Shown here piece by piece: positions 36,850 through 49,296 of a DNA stretch of 64,000 nucleotides. The DNA is from Neoechinorhynchus agilis (Eukaryota; Animalia; Acanthocephala), in NCBI GenBank assembly GCA_051530055.1, contig CM121343.1, positions 7,504,044 through 7,568,043 on the forward strand. Direction: 5' to 3'. A model generated the notes under the pieces. That model did no database searches. It saw only the letters and a list, made by a program, of their open reading frames with translations, and had not been told where the DNA came from. The position numbers and the translations under genes were made by a program. The first letter of the stretch is position 1, and each line of letters opens with the position of its first letter.

Positions 36850-37162
36850 TAATTTTCCTTGAGCACACAGCCCACCGATCTGGTTCAGGGAAGCGCATAA
36901 AATCTCTTAATAGCCTGAACCATACGGTTTTGAATTTGTCCAGTTAAGGGTCAACTGGTTTGATTCCGTTACCGCTAATGACGCACAACCAAAGGGGACG
37001 AAATACCTCGTTGGAGGGAGGAAAATCACTGAGTCCCGCCTCCTGGAGGTATCTGAAGAGCCGGAGGAATGTACAAACTCATAACCGTATGGTTCAGGGT
37101 ATAGAGTGATTTTATGCGCTTCCCTGAACCAGATCGGTGGGCTGTGTGCCCAAGGAAAATTA
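36850..37162. mobile_element. Foldback element with long TIRs; relatives at 52343-52623, 60151-60431 and 6628-6739
   Basis: taattttccttgagcacacagcccaccgatctggttcagggaagcgcataaaatc recurs inverted at the right end, and inner arms (tgaaccatacggtt) are also inverted. Confidence 0.8.
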
Positions 37163-37705
37163 TCAGCCGTGGAAAAAGGCCGCACATTGATACTTAATTT
37201 ACTAGTTATACCGATCAAACCATTATCGTAAAGAGAATTTTAAAGGGAATAAACGCAGAGGTGGACGAAGCATTAGACGTTAACGTTCGCACGATTACCT
37301 TAGAATACAAATATGCATCCAATTCCACCTAAAACAAGCCGTGATCAGGATGTGAATTTAATTTTCAAAGCAGTAGAGCTGAAGTGTTCACATAAAAATG
37401 CTTCTTAGATTTTTAACTGGTTGTTCATTTTTTAGCCCATGATGAATTTGTCCGCGCCACAAACATTAAATTGTGATCTAAGGTACCTTCATGCCAATTC
37501 GTTGGTAACTTTCGGTATTTAGTTGTCGAATTGGAGCGAGCAACAATGTAGAGTAAAGCAATAAATTGTATTTTTTTTACTTCTGAACCATGACTTTGTG
37601 GGTATAAACATTATTCTACATCGATTATTTATTTGTTTTGTTGTCGCCATGATCATTTATAGAAGCTCATTATGCTTTTGATTTGCTGCGAATACGTTTC
37701 TTATC

Positions 37706-39930
37706 TCAATCGCCTAATTCGTCCCAGCTGAGCGTTTCAAACTTCGTTTTGTCACCGTTCGCAGAGAATTCATTGCATTTAGTATCATTGGCTTCTTTGT
37801 TTGTTGATTGGCTGTCGTTGATAGAAATCTCTTCGTTTTCAAGTTTCTCCCATTGTTGTTTTACATAGCTTCGTGCCTTCGCACATAGCTCAGGACTCAC
37901 ATGATGCTCAATAAATGAGTATATACTTCTTTTCCATTTTCTAAAGTTTGTATCGCACACACGTCTGCTTGATTTTCTAAATTTCTCGGGCGTTCTCGGT
38001 GCATCGTTAAACCGCGAGCGATCCGGAAATAAGACTACCATAACTTTGTATGAGTCGCACATCTTCGCTTTAGCAATTGCAACGTATCTCCGTTTTAACT
38101 CTTGAACACGTATCTCTAACTGCATAGATACTTCATTCCTACAGATAGCAACCGTGTTTTTTAGGATTATCTTCCAAATTTTGAAGAATGTTGTCCTTAT
38201 CTGCTGCATTTTGATCCATCATGCAAACAGCGCTGCTCGTTTGCCCTCGATTGATAGATTCGTAAACATACTCGCAATACCTAAGAAAACGCATGATGAA
38301 GTTGCCATGTTCAATGCCAACTTTTAGTTACAAATCTAACGATCGTCTAACCTGAGCCGATCAGCATCGTAGAGCAATGAAAAATTGGCATCAATGCTTG
38401 CTGCAACACTCATCGTTCGCGAGCATTCCTTATACAAGCATCTTAGAATCTTTTCACTTTCACTAAAAGAATGAATTATGGTCTATAAATATAGTTAAAG
38501 TGTACCTGGAAAACGTAAAATCACATAAATCGTACTCCTTGCTCCCATCATGAGTATTTTCTTCATCGAAATTCATTTTGTTTAAAATTCTATGTTCGTT
38601 TCGCTCATTTTGGGCATTATCGGCTTCGCGATTTGCTTCTCCAAAAACACTCATCAGCCTTAAAAACGTTCAATTGCGCGTTACGAATTATTTTGTAACG
38701 TTTTAGTTTGCGATCACAATAATTTTAAATAAATTGATAGAGTGTTTTTAAGGTGCGTGGTCACTGGTCCATTTAGGCAGTCAAGAGACTAAATTAGCAT
38801 GAACTGAACAATCTTGACGGCAACTCACTAGTGAAGATTTACTCTAAATCATGTTGATATGCGTTACTTTGACAAAGTATTTTAATGCGAACGCTCAGCA
38901 GATTTTCTCCATTTATTCGGATTTAATGCTTTAAAAAAACCGACTCAAAGTTCACTTAAGGGACACTAATGAGTATTGTAGGTTTAATGTTCAAAAAGAC
39001 TTATTCTGTAAAAAAATTTAACAAAATAAAAAACTACGATTCTAGCACATTTAAAATGAAAATACGACGGAAACTTACATCGGACTCAAAATTGTACTTT
39101 TAGGATAAAACCCAAGAGCTAAAAATGGTTAAATTCATTTTATATGTTCCAAATGCCTGGGAAATGAAAGGTTTTTGTTTGGAGCTGAAAACTTTTAATT
39201 CCATAAACGGCTTTGAACTTGCCCGATCAATCACATAAATTAGGAGTAAACGGTATGAAAAACTGCCATTTATGCCGGTAAAACAACTCCTATGAAGAAT
39301 ATCGCGAAAAATAATAAATCCATTGTGTACGGCGCTAAGTGAGTGCGTTTCCGACTTTGGTTCTTGTAGAGAATAATAATTTGGGCACCTACTGTTAGAT
39401 GTGATTATTTGGATCACATTGAAAACGACGGATTTTGATATCCGAGAGTTTTCATTCTGGATCATTTTCACCATAATATACATCTAAATTTCTATTCTGC
39501 ACGTCGTTCCTAAGACTTGGTGGAAGCATTGGCAGAAGACGCGATTTTTCTTTTTTCGACGTTCTTTTAACAATGAACCGAATAGTTTTTGTAATATTAG
39601 ACCAATCGCTGTTTAGATGAACATTCAATGAGTTTATAATTGTTGGGTTCATGCCAATGAGAGACTTATTGAACCGCAAGTTCCAGCACGAAGTTGATGG
39701 AGAATCTACTTACATTCAAAAAGACCAGCGGAGCTCATTTTCAAGGTTTCGTATTTAAGAGTGATTGAATGGAAGCATTTCTTGGTTATGGAAACCTGTT
39801 TGAGATTTGATTGGAACTCACATTGAGTCATGGATGTGCAATTGGCATGAACATAAGAGACCAAATGATTGAAATTCGATTCGGCATTGCGGGACTTTGA
39901 GAAACAGCGAAAACCGAGCGCCAACAAGAA
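37706..39930 (-). CDS. Unidentified multi-exon gene; last exon weakly resembles an SRI (Set2-Rpb1-interacting) domain
   Basis: Chain of minus-strand ORFs joinable by small GT-AG introns. PEKFRKSSRRVC..VSPELCAKARSYVKQQW has similar spacing to SETD2 TEDFKHLARKLT..NENVKHKTKEYIKKYM (by eye only). Confidence 0.35.
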
Positions 39931-40419
39931 GAAGACTTGCTGTTTTGCTTCGGCGCCATTTCAAGGGAGGAGGAATACGTCTATGCGTTTCTTTTCAAAG
40001 TAGATGGTTTCTCGATTTTCTCTGCAACTTCGCTGCGTCACAGTTCGCGTTGGATCTTAAGATTTCTTATCGCAGAGTGCGATTCCGGCAGTGTGAAGTT
40101 CTCGTAATTGTCGGTGCCGACTCATTGTCGAACGAGAAATTCGGTGGTGAGTATCATCAATAATAGAAACGACAGTTTGTCCCATTGTGCAAAAGAAACC
40201 CCGTGAGCTTTGGGGTCGACACTTCTGAGGCGCCGTACGGATTTTTTAAAGAAATCTTCGGAGATTTCAATGTTGCGACTAATTTCAAAGGAGACTTGTC
40301 AATCATTCACAGATGAGATTCATTGAGGTTATTTCGGTTGCATTGAACGGCGCTCTCTCAAAACCGCGACAACTCAATTGGTTTTCCAGAGTTTGGCGGC
40401 CACTTTCCCCTCCACGGTT

Positions 40420-40800
40420 TTTAAGCACAAAGCGTCAAAAGGGAAGCATGGATACTCCAGGCGTGCGTGCGTGCGTGCGTTGGCCGCACGCGTATACACG
40501 CGCGCCGCACACCGAAGCAGCAGCAGCACGCGGTGGCGCCGAGAACTGTATAGCCGCCGTTAGAGAGAGAGAGAGCGAGCGAGATATCTGGTTGCTGCCT
40601 GGTGGTGTCGTATGACGACGGCGGCGGCGGCAGTAAGTGCATTAGCATTTTTACAGCGCCAGGTTATTCCCTCTATGTTCCCAGCAGCGCTTCTTGTGCG
40701 TCGCCTTATTGTTGTTGTTGGTGGTGGTGGTGGCTGCAGAGTGATCACAACGACCGTCCGGACTGCGGCGGCGGCGGCGGTGGTGCCGCAAATCCAGATT
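40420..40800. promoter_or_regulatory. GC-rich, microsatellite-rich island upstream of beta-spectrin (putative promoter or 5'UTR)
   Basis: (CGTG)n, (AG)n, (GGC)n and (GTT/GGT)n tracts in otherwise AT-rich DNA, between divergently oriented genes. Confidence 0.35.
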
Positions 40801-41039
40801 TAAGCGGCGTATTTAGGGTCCCAGAAGGAGAGCCTCGTCCGTTAAGCGCCTTAATCGTTTCTGTCCTCCTCCTCATGCAAACTACCGACACCACACGCAA
40901 CCCACAGAAACAGGAGAAGATCACGTTTTCTGAATCTTTTTGTGTTTGTATGCGTGAGCCTCGGTATTGGATGCTCAGTCGCCATGCTCAAATGCCTTCT
41001 TAAAACTAGTCTTATCGTTCAAATCCACTCTAAAAAACT

Positions 41040-41835
41040 TATACGATCTATCTTTAAATCCATTGGCTTAAGAGCTTAGAAGTCCTGTCGTTTAAATCGG
41101 CTTAAAAGCTTAAAAATCCGGTCGTTGAAATCCACTCTAAAAAACTTAAAGCCCTGTCGTTGAAATCCACTTTAAAGCTTATAAGTCCAATTGCTTAAAT
41201 CCATTTTAAAGCTTACAAGTCCAATCGTTGAAATCCACTTTAAAACTTACAAGTCCAATTGTTTAAATCCATTTTAAAACTTATAAGTCCAATTGTTTAA
41301 TTCCATTTTAAAACTTATAAGTCCTGTCGTTTAAATCCACTTTAAAGCTTATAAGTCCTGTCGTTGAAATCCACTTTAAAGTTTAAAAATCCAATCGTTT
41401 AAATCCATTTTAAAGCTTATAAGTCCTGTCGTTGAAATCTACTTTAAAGTTTTAAAGTCCAATCGTTTAAATCCACTTTAAATCTTATAAGTCCAATCGT
41501 TGAAATCCACTTTAAAGCTTATAAGTCTAATCGTTTAAATCCACTTTAAAGTTTATAAGTCCTATCGTTTAAATCCACTTTAAAATTTAAAAGTCTAATT
41601 GTTCAAATCTGCTTTAAAGTTTAAAAGTCTAATTGTTCAAATCTGCTTTAAAATTTAAAAGTCTAATTGTTCAAATCTGCTTTAAAGTTTAAAAGTCTAA
41701 TCGTTTAAATCCACTTTAAAGTTTAAAAGTCTAATTGTTCAAATCTGCTTTAAAGTTTAAAAGTCCTATCGTTTAAATCCACTTTAAAGTTTAAAAGTCT
41801 AATTGTTCAAATCTGCTTTAAAGTTTAAAAGTCCA
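41040..41835. repeat. AT-rich minisatellite, 34-bp unit, about 23 copies
   Basis: aaatccactttaaagcttataagtccaatcgttt recurs at 34-bp spacing. Confidence 0.95.
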
Positions 41836-42069
41836 ATCGTTCAGATATACTTGGCACCCGATGAGCCAAATTATCTCTGGGCATCCTGCGAGATCGCATG
41901 AAAAGTGACTCCGCTAATTTTGTTTATTTTAGATAAGACGATAAGAATCGATTATACCCCACTCATATACATACACATTCCTCTCTCTTTTGTGACTTGC
42001 ATTCTGCCATCCACAGCACGACACCGAACCAAACAACAATAACAACAAAAGGGTAGTCAATAAACAAAA

Positions 42070-45000
42070 ATGAGTGCGCAAGTAGCATCGTCATCGTCAA
42101 CAAGTGCGGGTGCCAGAGTGGCATTAATGGACCCATGGTCAGCTGCCAATGATGGCGGAAGTGCTGAAGGGGCCGCCCTCATGTTCGAGAGAACCAGAAT
42201 ACAAATGCTTGCAACCGAACGCGAGTTTGTTCAAAAGAAAACTTTTACTAATTGGATCAACAGTTATTTGATCCGGTGCACTTCCAATTCTAATCAGCTA
42301 GTAAAAGACCTGTATATTGACCTTCGAGACGGTCGTTTATTGCTCCGGTTATTAGATCTGCTAAGTGGAGAGAGACTACAACGTCCGACTCGTGGTAAAA
42401 TGAGAATTCACTGCCTTGAAAACGTCGACAAGGCTTTAAGCTTTCTATCGGAGCAGCATGTTCATCTGGAAAATATCGGTGCTCATGATATTGTGGATGG
42501 AAATCCAAGTCTAACATTAGGTCTAGTTTGGACGATTATCCTTCGGTTTCAAATTCAGGATATTCGAATTGAGGAAGCAGAGAGCAGTGAAATGAGATCA
42601 GCAAAGGATGCTTTGTTACTTTGGTGTCAGATAAGCACTGCTAGTTACGATTTTGTAAATGTAAAGAATTTCACTTCAAGTTGGCGAGATGGTCTCGCCT
42701 TTAATGCTCTAATCCATCGGCATCGCCCGGATCTGATTCCAAACATTAAATCACTCGTTAAGACCAATGCAATCGCAAATCTTGAACAAGCTTTTGAGAT
42801 AGCTGAGCGAAAGTTGGGTGTAGCTAGGCTGTTGGACCCAGAAGATGTTATTGTAGAATTTCCTGACGAGAAATCGATAATCACATACGTGGTGACCTTG
42901 TATCATTACTTCAGTAAAATGCGGGCCGATTCCGTTCAAGGCAAACGAATAACCAAGGTCATTTCTTGTGCTGCGAGTAATGAGCGGCGACTCAAGTCTT
43001 TCCGTCTAGGATGCACCGAGTTACTGAAATGGATTAATCAAATGATTAAAATACTGGACCAGCGAAGACTTGCTAATTCATTGAAAGGTGTACAGCAGCA
43101 ATTATTTCAATTCAACAATTATCGAATGTACGAAAAACCATCTAAATTCGAACATCGCGGACGCCTTGAAATTGAATTGTTCACGATTCAATCACGAATG
43201 AAGGCAAACAATGAGAAGCCCTTGCAATATAACGAAGCCGGGGCTTATTTGGCCGAGGTTCAGAGTGCATGGCAGAAGTTGGAAATCGCCGAGCATAATA
43301 GAGAAGTTGCTATACATGAGGAAATATTACGACAACAAAGATTAGAGCAATTGGCAGAGAAGTTTGGGAGAAAAGCCAGTATGCGGGAAAAGTGGCTTCA
43401 TGACAGTCAGAAATTGGTCGCTTCAGATCGATTTGGAGATGATCTCATTAGTGTCGAGGCTGCATTTAAGAAGCAAGAAGCGATTCAAACCGACATTGCT
43501 GCTTTCCAGGACCGACTTAGTAATCTGGTTGCACTTGCGAAAGAGTTAGATGTTGAGAATTATCATCAATCCGATCGCGTGATGGCAAGAAAGCAAACGA
43601 TAATCCTACTTTGGGAATATCTGCTGGAATTGGTCAATTCGCGAAGGAAAAGACTAGAAAGAGAATATAGCGTCCATAAAATACTGGCCGAGGCAAATTA
43701 TATTTTAAAATGGATCGGCGAAATTGAAAATGCCCTTCAACGTGAGGATATCAATAAGCATCTAATGAGAGTTGATGATTTATTACAAACGCATGATCTA
43801 CTTAAGGCGGATATTTCTGTGGTAGGTGAAAGGGTAAGTCGTCTTATGACCGACGCAGAACCGTTTCTATCGATTGCGGGCTATACGATTGTCGATGAAG
43901 AAAGTATGGGTCGGCGCTTGGCTGATCAAACGGTCATGCAGGAGAAATTGGATTTAGTAAATAAACGCTACCAGGTACTAACAGAACTCAGCATGTATCG
44001 CGATGGAAAGTTACAAGAAGGACGTACTATATGGCAATTGTTGGATGATGTTACAATCGAAGAGGTTTGGGTAAATGACAAGATATCCGAAATCACGTAT
44101 GACTCAAATTCAACCACAGCTGATTGGAGTTCTGTACAAAGCCAGCTAAACAGACAAAAGGCCTTAATGCAAGAACTCGAAGGTCGACAAAATCAATTCG
44201 AAAAACTAGTTTCTGCTGCTGATGATGTCAGTAGTCATTACTGTTCAGACGTTCTTCGTGAACGAGTGACTTGTCTTGGTGATTTATGGAATGATTTATG
44301 GGCTGCTGCAAATGAGCGGGAAGTTCACCTTATTGAAGCTATTGAACTTCAGCAATTCCACGCCGATGCTGATGAAGCAAACGGGTGGATGTTGGAGATC
44401 TTTCGTCTGGTATCATCGGAAGATTACGGTAAGGATGAAACTAGCGCTCAAAATGCTTTAAAAAAACACGAAGAATTAATGCAAGCGTTGGATGCACATA
44501 AAGCTGCTGATAGTTTATTGTCTGAGCGCAGCTTGGAGACAGCATCTAAAAATGCAAAGGCTGAGGAAACTCTAACTAAATTAAAACGAAGATTTGATGA
44601 GCTCTGCGAATTAGCGAACTTACGAAAACAAAAATTACTCGATGCGATTACTCTTTTTCAACTTCTTCATGACTGTGACAATGTAGAGGCTTGGATAGGT
44701 GACAAGGAACGTTTTCTCGGCAACTTAGCCCCTTCGGCGGCTGACGACATCGAACAACTTGAAGTCATGCGCCATCGATTCGACGGTTTGGAACGCGAGA
44801 TGAATGCCAGCGCATCAAAGGTTGCCATGGTCAACGAAATGGCATCCGAATTGATGAACGCTGAACACCCAAATAGCCAGGATATCGTGGAAAGGCTAAA
44901 ACAGATCAATAATAAATGGGAAGACCTAAAGATAGCAGTGGACTTAAAACGAGAAGAAATAAAATCCACATTCGGGGTTCAGACCTTTCATATTGAATGT

Positions 45001-48000
45001 GACGAAACCATTACTTGGATTCAGGACAAGGTAAAGATAGTTCAGTCCACAGAGGAGCTTGGGCGTGATTTAAGTGGAGTCATGACAATGCAGAGGCGAC
45101 TGTCCGGTATTGAGCGTGATTTAGGGGCCATTCAAGCCAAACTTGACCAATTGGATACTGAAGCTGAGCAGATCGAACAAGCACATCCTCAGGAAGCTGA
45201 AAATGTTAGGCAGAAGATTGGTCAAATATCGTCTGTTTGGTATGAGCTGAAGGATATACTGAAAAGAAGAGAGGAATCTATGGGTGAAGCTGCTGTCCTT
45301 CAAAAGTTCTTAAGAGATCTTGACCATTTTAGTAGCTGGCTAACAAAGACTCAAACACTTGTAGCATCCGAGGACATTCCTGAATCCTTAACGGCAGCTG
45401 AGCAGATGTTAAACAAACATCAATCGATCAAGGAGGAAATAGACCGATACGCCCCGGACTATTCTCAAATGCGGGAGTACGGACAAAGGGTTATTCGCGA
45501 CGCTGACACTACTGACCCTCAGTACGTTTTCCTCCGAGAAAGATTAAATGCCCTTGACGATGGCTGGAATGAGCTTGATCAAATGTGGCATCAGAAGCAA
45601 AATATGCTCTCAGAGGCGATGCATTTTCAAATGTTTGAGCGTGACGCCCGCGCAACCGAGTTTCTACTCAATAATCAGGAATACTATTTGCAGAAATCAC
45701 CGCTGCCTCGAAGCCTAGAGGACGCAGAGGGATGTATTAGAAAACATGAAGACTTTTTTACTTCCCTGAGCGCGAGTGAAGAGAAAATTCAATCAGTATG
45801 GCAATTTGCTCAACGCCTCTGTCACGAGAACCATTACGCAGCCGATAAAATCATGGAGAAAGCCCACGCTATAGTTGAGCGGTTTACAAAGAACAAGAAA
45901 GGGGCAGCTGAGATTCAGGAGAAGTTGCGTGATTCTCTGAAATTTTTTCAATTTGTGCAGGACTGTGATGATCTGAAGGAATGGTTAGAAGAAAAGACGG
46001 TTCAAGCGCAAGCAGATACTTACAGAGACTCGCATAACATTCACTCCAAGTACTTAAAGCACCAGGCATTTAGTGCAGAAATTGCAGCCAATAGAGAGCG
46101 TTTGGAAGCTCTGAAAGATAGTGGGCAGGCACTATTTGAAGAGAAACCCGATATAATGAGCTCGATTGAGCAAAAAGTTGCTCAATTAGATGAGATGTGG
46201 TCAGTACTAGAAACGACTACTCGTGAAAAGGGCGAAAAGCTCTTTGACGCCAATCGAGGTGCCCTCTATGAACAGTGCATATCAGATGTTGATAGATTTG
46301 TGTGTGATCTTGAACGTCAGTTTGTTTCTGAAGACTTTGAGAAAGCTGAGGCTCTCGTCGAGACTCAGAAGGATGTTGCTCACGCTGAAAGTCTCGATTC
46401 CCTTCCTGGGGACTTAACGAGGACAAACATAATGTTGACCCGTCAGGCTCTCATAGAGAATGAATTTTCACTCAAGAAACAACAAGTAGAGCAGTTAAAA
46501 GAACAAGCTGAAAAACTTAAGATGATCGAACCTGAGCGGAGTGAACAAATCGATGCTCAACGAAAAGCGATCGAACAAAAGTTCTTAGCAATGCAAGGGC
46601 CGCTACTTGCCACAAAGCAAAGGCTTTCCCTGCAGAAACGACTTCATCAGTTTTTGCGGGATGTTGAGGATGAAAAGATGTGGATCGCGGAGAAGATGTT
46701 GAATGCGAGTTCCTGTGATTACGGTGACTCCTTGGTCACAGTTTGGATGCAACAGCGTAAAAATGTCTCGATTATCAAGGAAGTGGATACGCATACAAAT
46801 TCATTTAACCAACTCAAGGTAGAAGCTGAATCGCTATCGATCGATGTTCCTCATAGGACAGCTGAGTTCAATGAGAAGATAGAGCAGCTCAACGAGCTAT
46901 GGCTTGAATTGTTGGGTGCACTATGGCATCGTAAAAATGGTTTGGAAGAGTCAAGCAAGCTTCATCAATTCCTAAGTGATGTGAGCGAGGCTGAAATCTG
47001 GCTAGGAGAGCAAGAACTTATGATAATGAGTGATGATTGCGGCCGAGATGAGGTGACTACTTCAGCGTATATGCGTAAATACGCTAGTATCCAGGCTGGT
47101 ATACTCGATTTTAATTCGTCGATTGATGATTTTATGCGTCGAGCAAACACACTAAATAGCGTGCGGGCCCTTGTAGCCTGCAATAACTTGAAACAACTTT
47201 ATAAAAGTTTGGGTAAATTTTCAGTTGAACGAAATAAGGCATTACATGCTCGTAACCGCCTTCATATGTTGAGACGTGAAGTGGATGATTTCGGTCAATG
47301 GGTGCGAGAAAAGGAAATGATTGCGGACAATCCTGAGTTGGGTGTCGATTTCGACCATGTCTCAATGCTATGCGAACGTTTTAAAGCTTTTGAATATGAG
47401 ACGAAGGTTCAATGCGAGGAACGCATGACAACCATAACGGAATTGTGTGAAAATTTCATACGGGAGCAGCACGAAGAACGTGCCGTCATCGCACAATGGA
47501 ATCAGCTGGTAATTAACCAACATCAGGATCTATTGGAACTCGTAAGGACACGTGGACAGCTCCTTCAAGCATCTTTCGAACTTCAGAAGTACTTCCACGA
47601 CTCTCGAGAAGCGCTTTCACTCATTGCTGAGCGAGTAAATTCCTTATCGGACCATTTGGGAAAAGACGCCCGTGCCGTATTCGCACTTCTGCGAAAGCAC
47701 GCGAATTTCGAACGTGATTTGACTTCTGTGAATGCCCTCGTCTCTTCTATCCAGGCTCAGTCTCTTCAACTTATAGACCTTTACGCTGGTCCGAAGGCAG
47801 ATCAAATTAAAGAAAATGAAAACAGTGTTTTATCAGCATGGAACAACCTTCAACGGCTGGTATTTAAAAGAAAACGGGATTTACAAGACTGCGCGGATAT
47901 GCATCGTTTTTTCAATATGGCTCGGGATTTGACAATATGGGTAGAAAATATTTTGCGACAAATGAAAACTGGTGGTCGTCCTGCCAGAGATGTCAGTGGA

Positions 48001-49296
48001 ATCGATCTTCTTATGAATAACCATCAGGCCCTCCGGGCAGATATTGATGCACGCGAAGAAAACTTTACCATTTGTATTAATTTAGGAAAAGATTTACTTA
48101 GTAGAAAGCATCAACGAAGTGTGGAAATTAAAGAAAAATGTGTACAACTTTGCCTTTTGCGCGACAGGCAGGCGAGCGAATGGGATGAACGCTGGGAGCA
48201 ATTGCAGCTCGAACTTGAGGTCTATCAGTTTGCCCGGGATGCTGCAGTGGCCGAAGCGTGGCTTGTTACTCAGGAATCATACTTACAGATTGATGAACTA
48301 GGCGAAAATTTGGATCAAGTTGAAAATTTGATTAGGAAACATGAAGCATTCGAAAAATCGATTATTGCTCAGGAAGATCGTTTTAATGCACTGAAGAACC
48401 TTACAACTCTTGAGAAACGGGAACAACAACCTCCTCGTGAACCAAGGCCTTTAAAACTAAATTACTATTTGAACGAATTCAGGACCTGGGATGAAAAGGA
48501 ATTAGAAGGCGCGTCTAGTACTCATGGGAATGGTCATCGCCAAAATCAACAAAATATGAACAATGCGCAAGGTACAGTTGGCGTTAACTTGACTGATTCC
48601 GGTGCAGTTTTGGATCCTGACTCGTATACATCCTCCAGTGAATACATTGGTATTTCTGATGGGAACAAACAGGGTGTAAGGACTCCTCCAGTCAAAGTAG
48701 GATTTTTGGCCAAGAAACACTTGTTTGAATCGACCAATCAACGGGCTAGTAACAGGTCATGGGAAAGGGTTTATGCCGTACTTAAAAAGCAGTTCCAAAC
48801 CGATGGTGTAGCACTCCCAAAATGTTCATTAGAATTATACAAAGATCAAAAACAGTATTTGAATGCAAGGAAAGGACCGGAGGATGTATGGAATCTGAAT
48901 GGAAGCAACGCAGAACAGGCAATCGACTATCACAAACGACCTTACGTTCTAAGAGTTACAATGGCCAATGGAGCTGTCTACCTATTTTCCGCTCATAACC
49001 AAAACGAAATGAATGAATGGATCGATGTAATCAATCGGGCATCGCGCGAAGCTTCAACCGGAGTAGTACAGTTGAGGCCAGCAGTCACAACAATAAGCGG
49101 AACAGTGGGTGGCGCTTCGAACGTGGTTCATTCAGCCGTTGCTGACTCACGATCCAGATCCCTTCCTTCACATGATCATCGCTCAACTACGTTGGCTTCA
49201 ACTTCTGGGGATAAAAGGCGAACGACCAAAAAGGAAAAAAAGACAGGGCAAGGTTTAAGTTCCGGTGGCGGATTTTTTTCAATTCGAAAAAAATGA
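42070..49296 (+). CDS. SPTBN1: Beta-spectrin (two CH domains, spectrin repeats, PH domain), single exon, 2408 aa
   Basis: EREFVQKKTFTNWINS, DLRDGRLLLRLLDLLSGE..PTRGKMRIHCLENV, SAKDALLLWCQ, NFTSSWRDGLAFNALIH, PDEKSIITYV, many spectrin repeats, and PH motif NRSWERVY..DYHKRPYVLR. Confidence 0.98.
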   Translation: MSAQVASSSSTSAGARVALMDPWSAANDGGSAEGAALMFERTRIQMLATEREFVQKKTFTNWINSYLIRCTSNSNQLVKDLYIDLRDGRLLLRLLDLLSGERLQRPTRGKMRIHCLENVDKALSFLSEQHVHLENIGAHDIVDGNPSLTLGLVWTIILRFQIQDIRIEEAESSEMRSAKDALLLWCQISTASYDFVNVKNFTSSWRDGLAFNALIHRHRPDLIPNIKSLVKTNAIANLEQAFEIAERKLGVARLLDPEDVIVEFPDEKSIITYVVTLYHYFSKMRADSVQGKRITKVISCAASNERRLKSFRLGCTELLKWINQMIKILDQRRLANSLKGVQQQLFQFNNYRMYEKPSKFEHRGRLEIELFTIQSRMKANNEKPLQYNEAGAYLAEVQSAWQKLEIAEHNREVAIHEEILRQQRLEQLAEKFGRKASMREKWLHDSQKLVASDRFGDDLISVEAAFKKQEAIQTDIAAFQDRLSNLVALAKELDVENYHQSDRVMARKQTIILLWEYLLELVNSRRKRLEREYSVHKILAEANYILKWIGEIENALQREDINKHLMRVDDLLQTHDLLKADISVVGERVSRLMTDAEPFLSIAGYTIVDEESMGRRLADQTVMQEKLDLVNKRYQVLTELSMYRDGKLQEGRTIWQLLDDVTIEEVWVNDKISEITYDSNSTTADWSSVQSQLNRQKALMQELEGRQNQFEKLVSAADDVSSHYCSDVLRERVTCLGDLWNDLWAAANEREVHLIEAIELQQFHADADEANGWMLEIFRLVSSEDYGKDETSAQNALKKHEELMQALDAHKAADSLLSERSLETASKNAKAEETLTKLKRRFDELCELANLRKQKLLDAITLFQLLHDCDNVEAWIGDKERFLGNLAPSAADDIEQLEVMRHRFDGLEREMNASASKVAMVNEMASELMNAEHPNSQDIVERLKQINNKWEDLKIAVDLKREEIKSTFGVQTFHIECDETITWIQDKVKIVQSTEELGRDLSGVMTMQRRLSGIERDLGAIQAKLDQLDTEAEQIEQAHPQEAENVRQKIGQISSVWYELKDILKRREESMGEAAVLQKFLRDLDHFSSWLTKTQTLVASEDIPESLTAAEQMLNKHQSIKEEIDRYAPDYSQMREYGQRVIRDADTTDPQYVFLRERLNALDDGWNELDQMWHQKQNMLSEAMHFQMFERDARATEFLLNNQEYYLQKSPLPRSLEDAEGCIRKHEDFFTSLSASEEKIQSVWQFAQRLCHENHYAADKIMEKAHAIVERFTKNKKGAAEIQEKLRDSLKFFQFVQDCDDLKEWLEEKTVQAQADTYRDSHNIHSKYLKHQAFSAEIAANRERLEALKDSGQALFEEKPDIMSSIEQKVAQLDEMWSVLETTTREKGEKLFDANRGALYEQCISDVDRFVCDLERQFVSEDFEKAEALVETQKDVAHAESLDSLPGDLTRTNIMLTRQALIENEFSLKKQQVEQLKEQAEKLKMIEPERSEQIDAQRKAIEQKFLAMQGPLLATKQRLSLQKRLHQFLRDVEDEKMWIAEKMLNASSCDYGDSLVTVWMQQRKNVSIIKEVDTHTNSFNQLKVEAESLSIDVPHRTAEFNEKIEQLNELWLELLGALWHRKNGLEESSKLHQFLSDVSEAEIWLGEQELMIMSDDCGRDEVTTSAYMRKYASIQAGILDFNSSIDDFMRRANTLNSVRALVACNNLKQLYKSLGKFSVERNKALHARNRLHMLRREVDDFGQWVREKEMIADNPELGVDFDHVSMLCERFKAFEYETKVQCEERMTTITELCENFIREQHEERAVIAQWNQLVINQHQDLLELVRTRGQLLQASFELQKYFHDSREALSLIAERVNSLSDHLGKDARAVFALLRKHANFERDLTSVNALVSSIQAQSLQLIDLYAGPKADQIKENENSVLSAWNNLQRLVFKRKRDLQDCADMHRFFNMARDLTIWVENILRQMKTGGRPARDVSGIDLLMNNHQALRADIDAREENFTICINLGKDLLSRKHQRSVEIKEKCVQLCLLRDRQASEWDERWEQLQLELEVYQFARDAAVAEAWLVTQESYLQIDELGENLDQVENLIRKHEAFEKSIIAQEDRFNALKNLTTLEKREQQPPREPRPLKLNYYLNEFRTWDEKELEGASSTHGNGHRQNQQNMNNAQGTVGVNLTDSGAVLDPDSYTSSSEYIGISDGNKQGVRTPPVKVGFLAKKHLFESTNQRASNRSWERVYAVLKKQFQTDGVALPKCSLELYKDQKQYLNARKGPEDVWNLNGSNAEQAIDYHKRPYVLRVTMANGAVYLFSAHNQNEMNEWIDVINRASREASTGVVQLRPAVTTISGTVGGASNVVHSAVADSRSRSLPSHDHRSTTLASTSGDKRRTTKKEKKTGQGLSSGGGFFSIRKK

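Noticed and set aside
36907-37218. RYFVPFG peptide suggesting a CRE endonuclease fragment
   Set aside because: It is the reverse complement of the hammerhead-relic GAAATAC segment, and the flanking residues do not match CRE.
40602-41003. GC-rich ORFs upstream of beta-spectrin
   Set aside because: Explained by microsatellite, stop-poor composition; no homology recognised.
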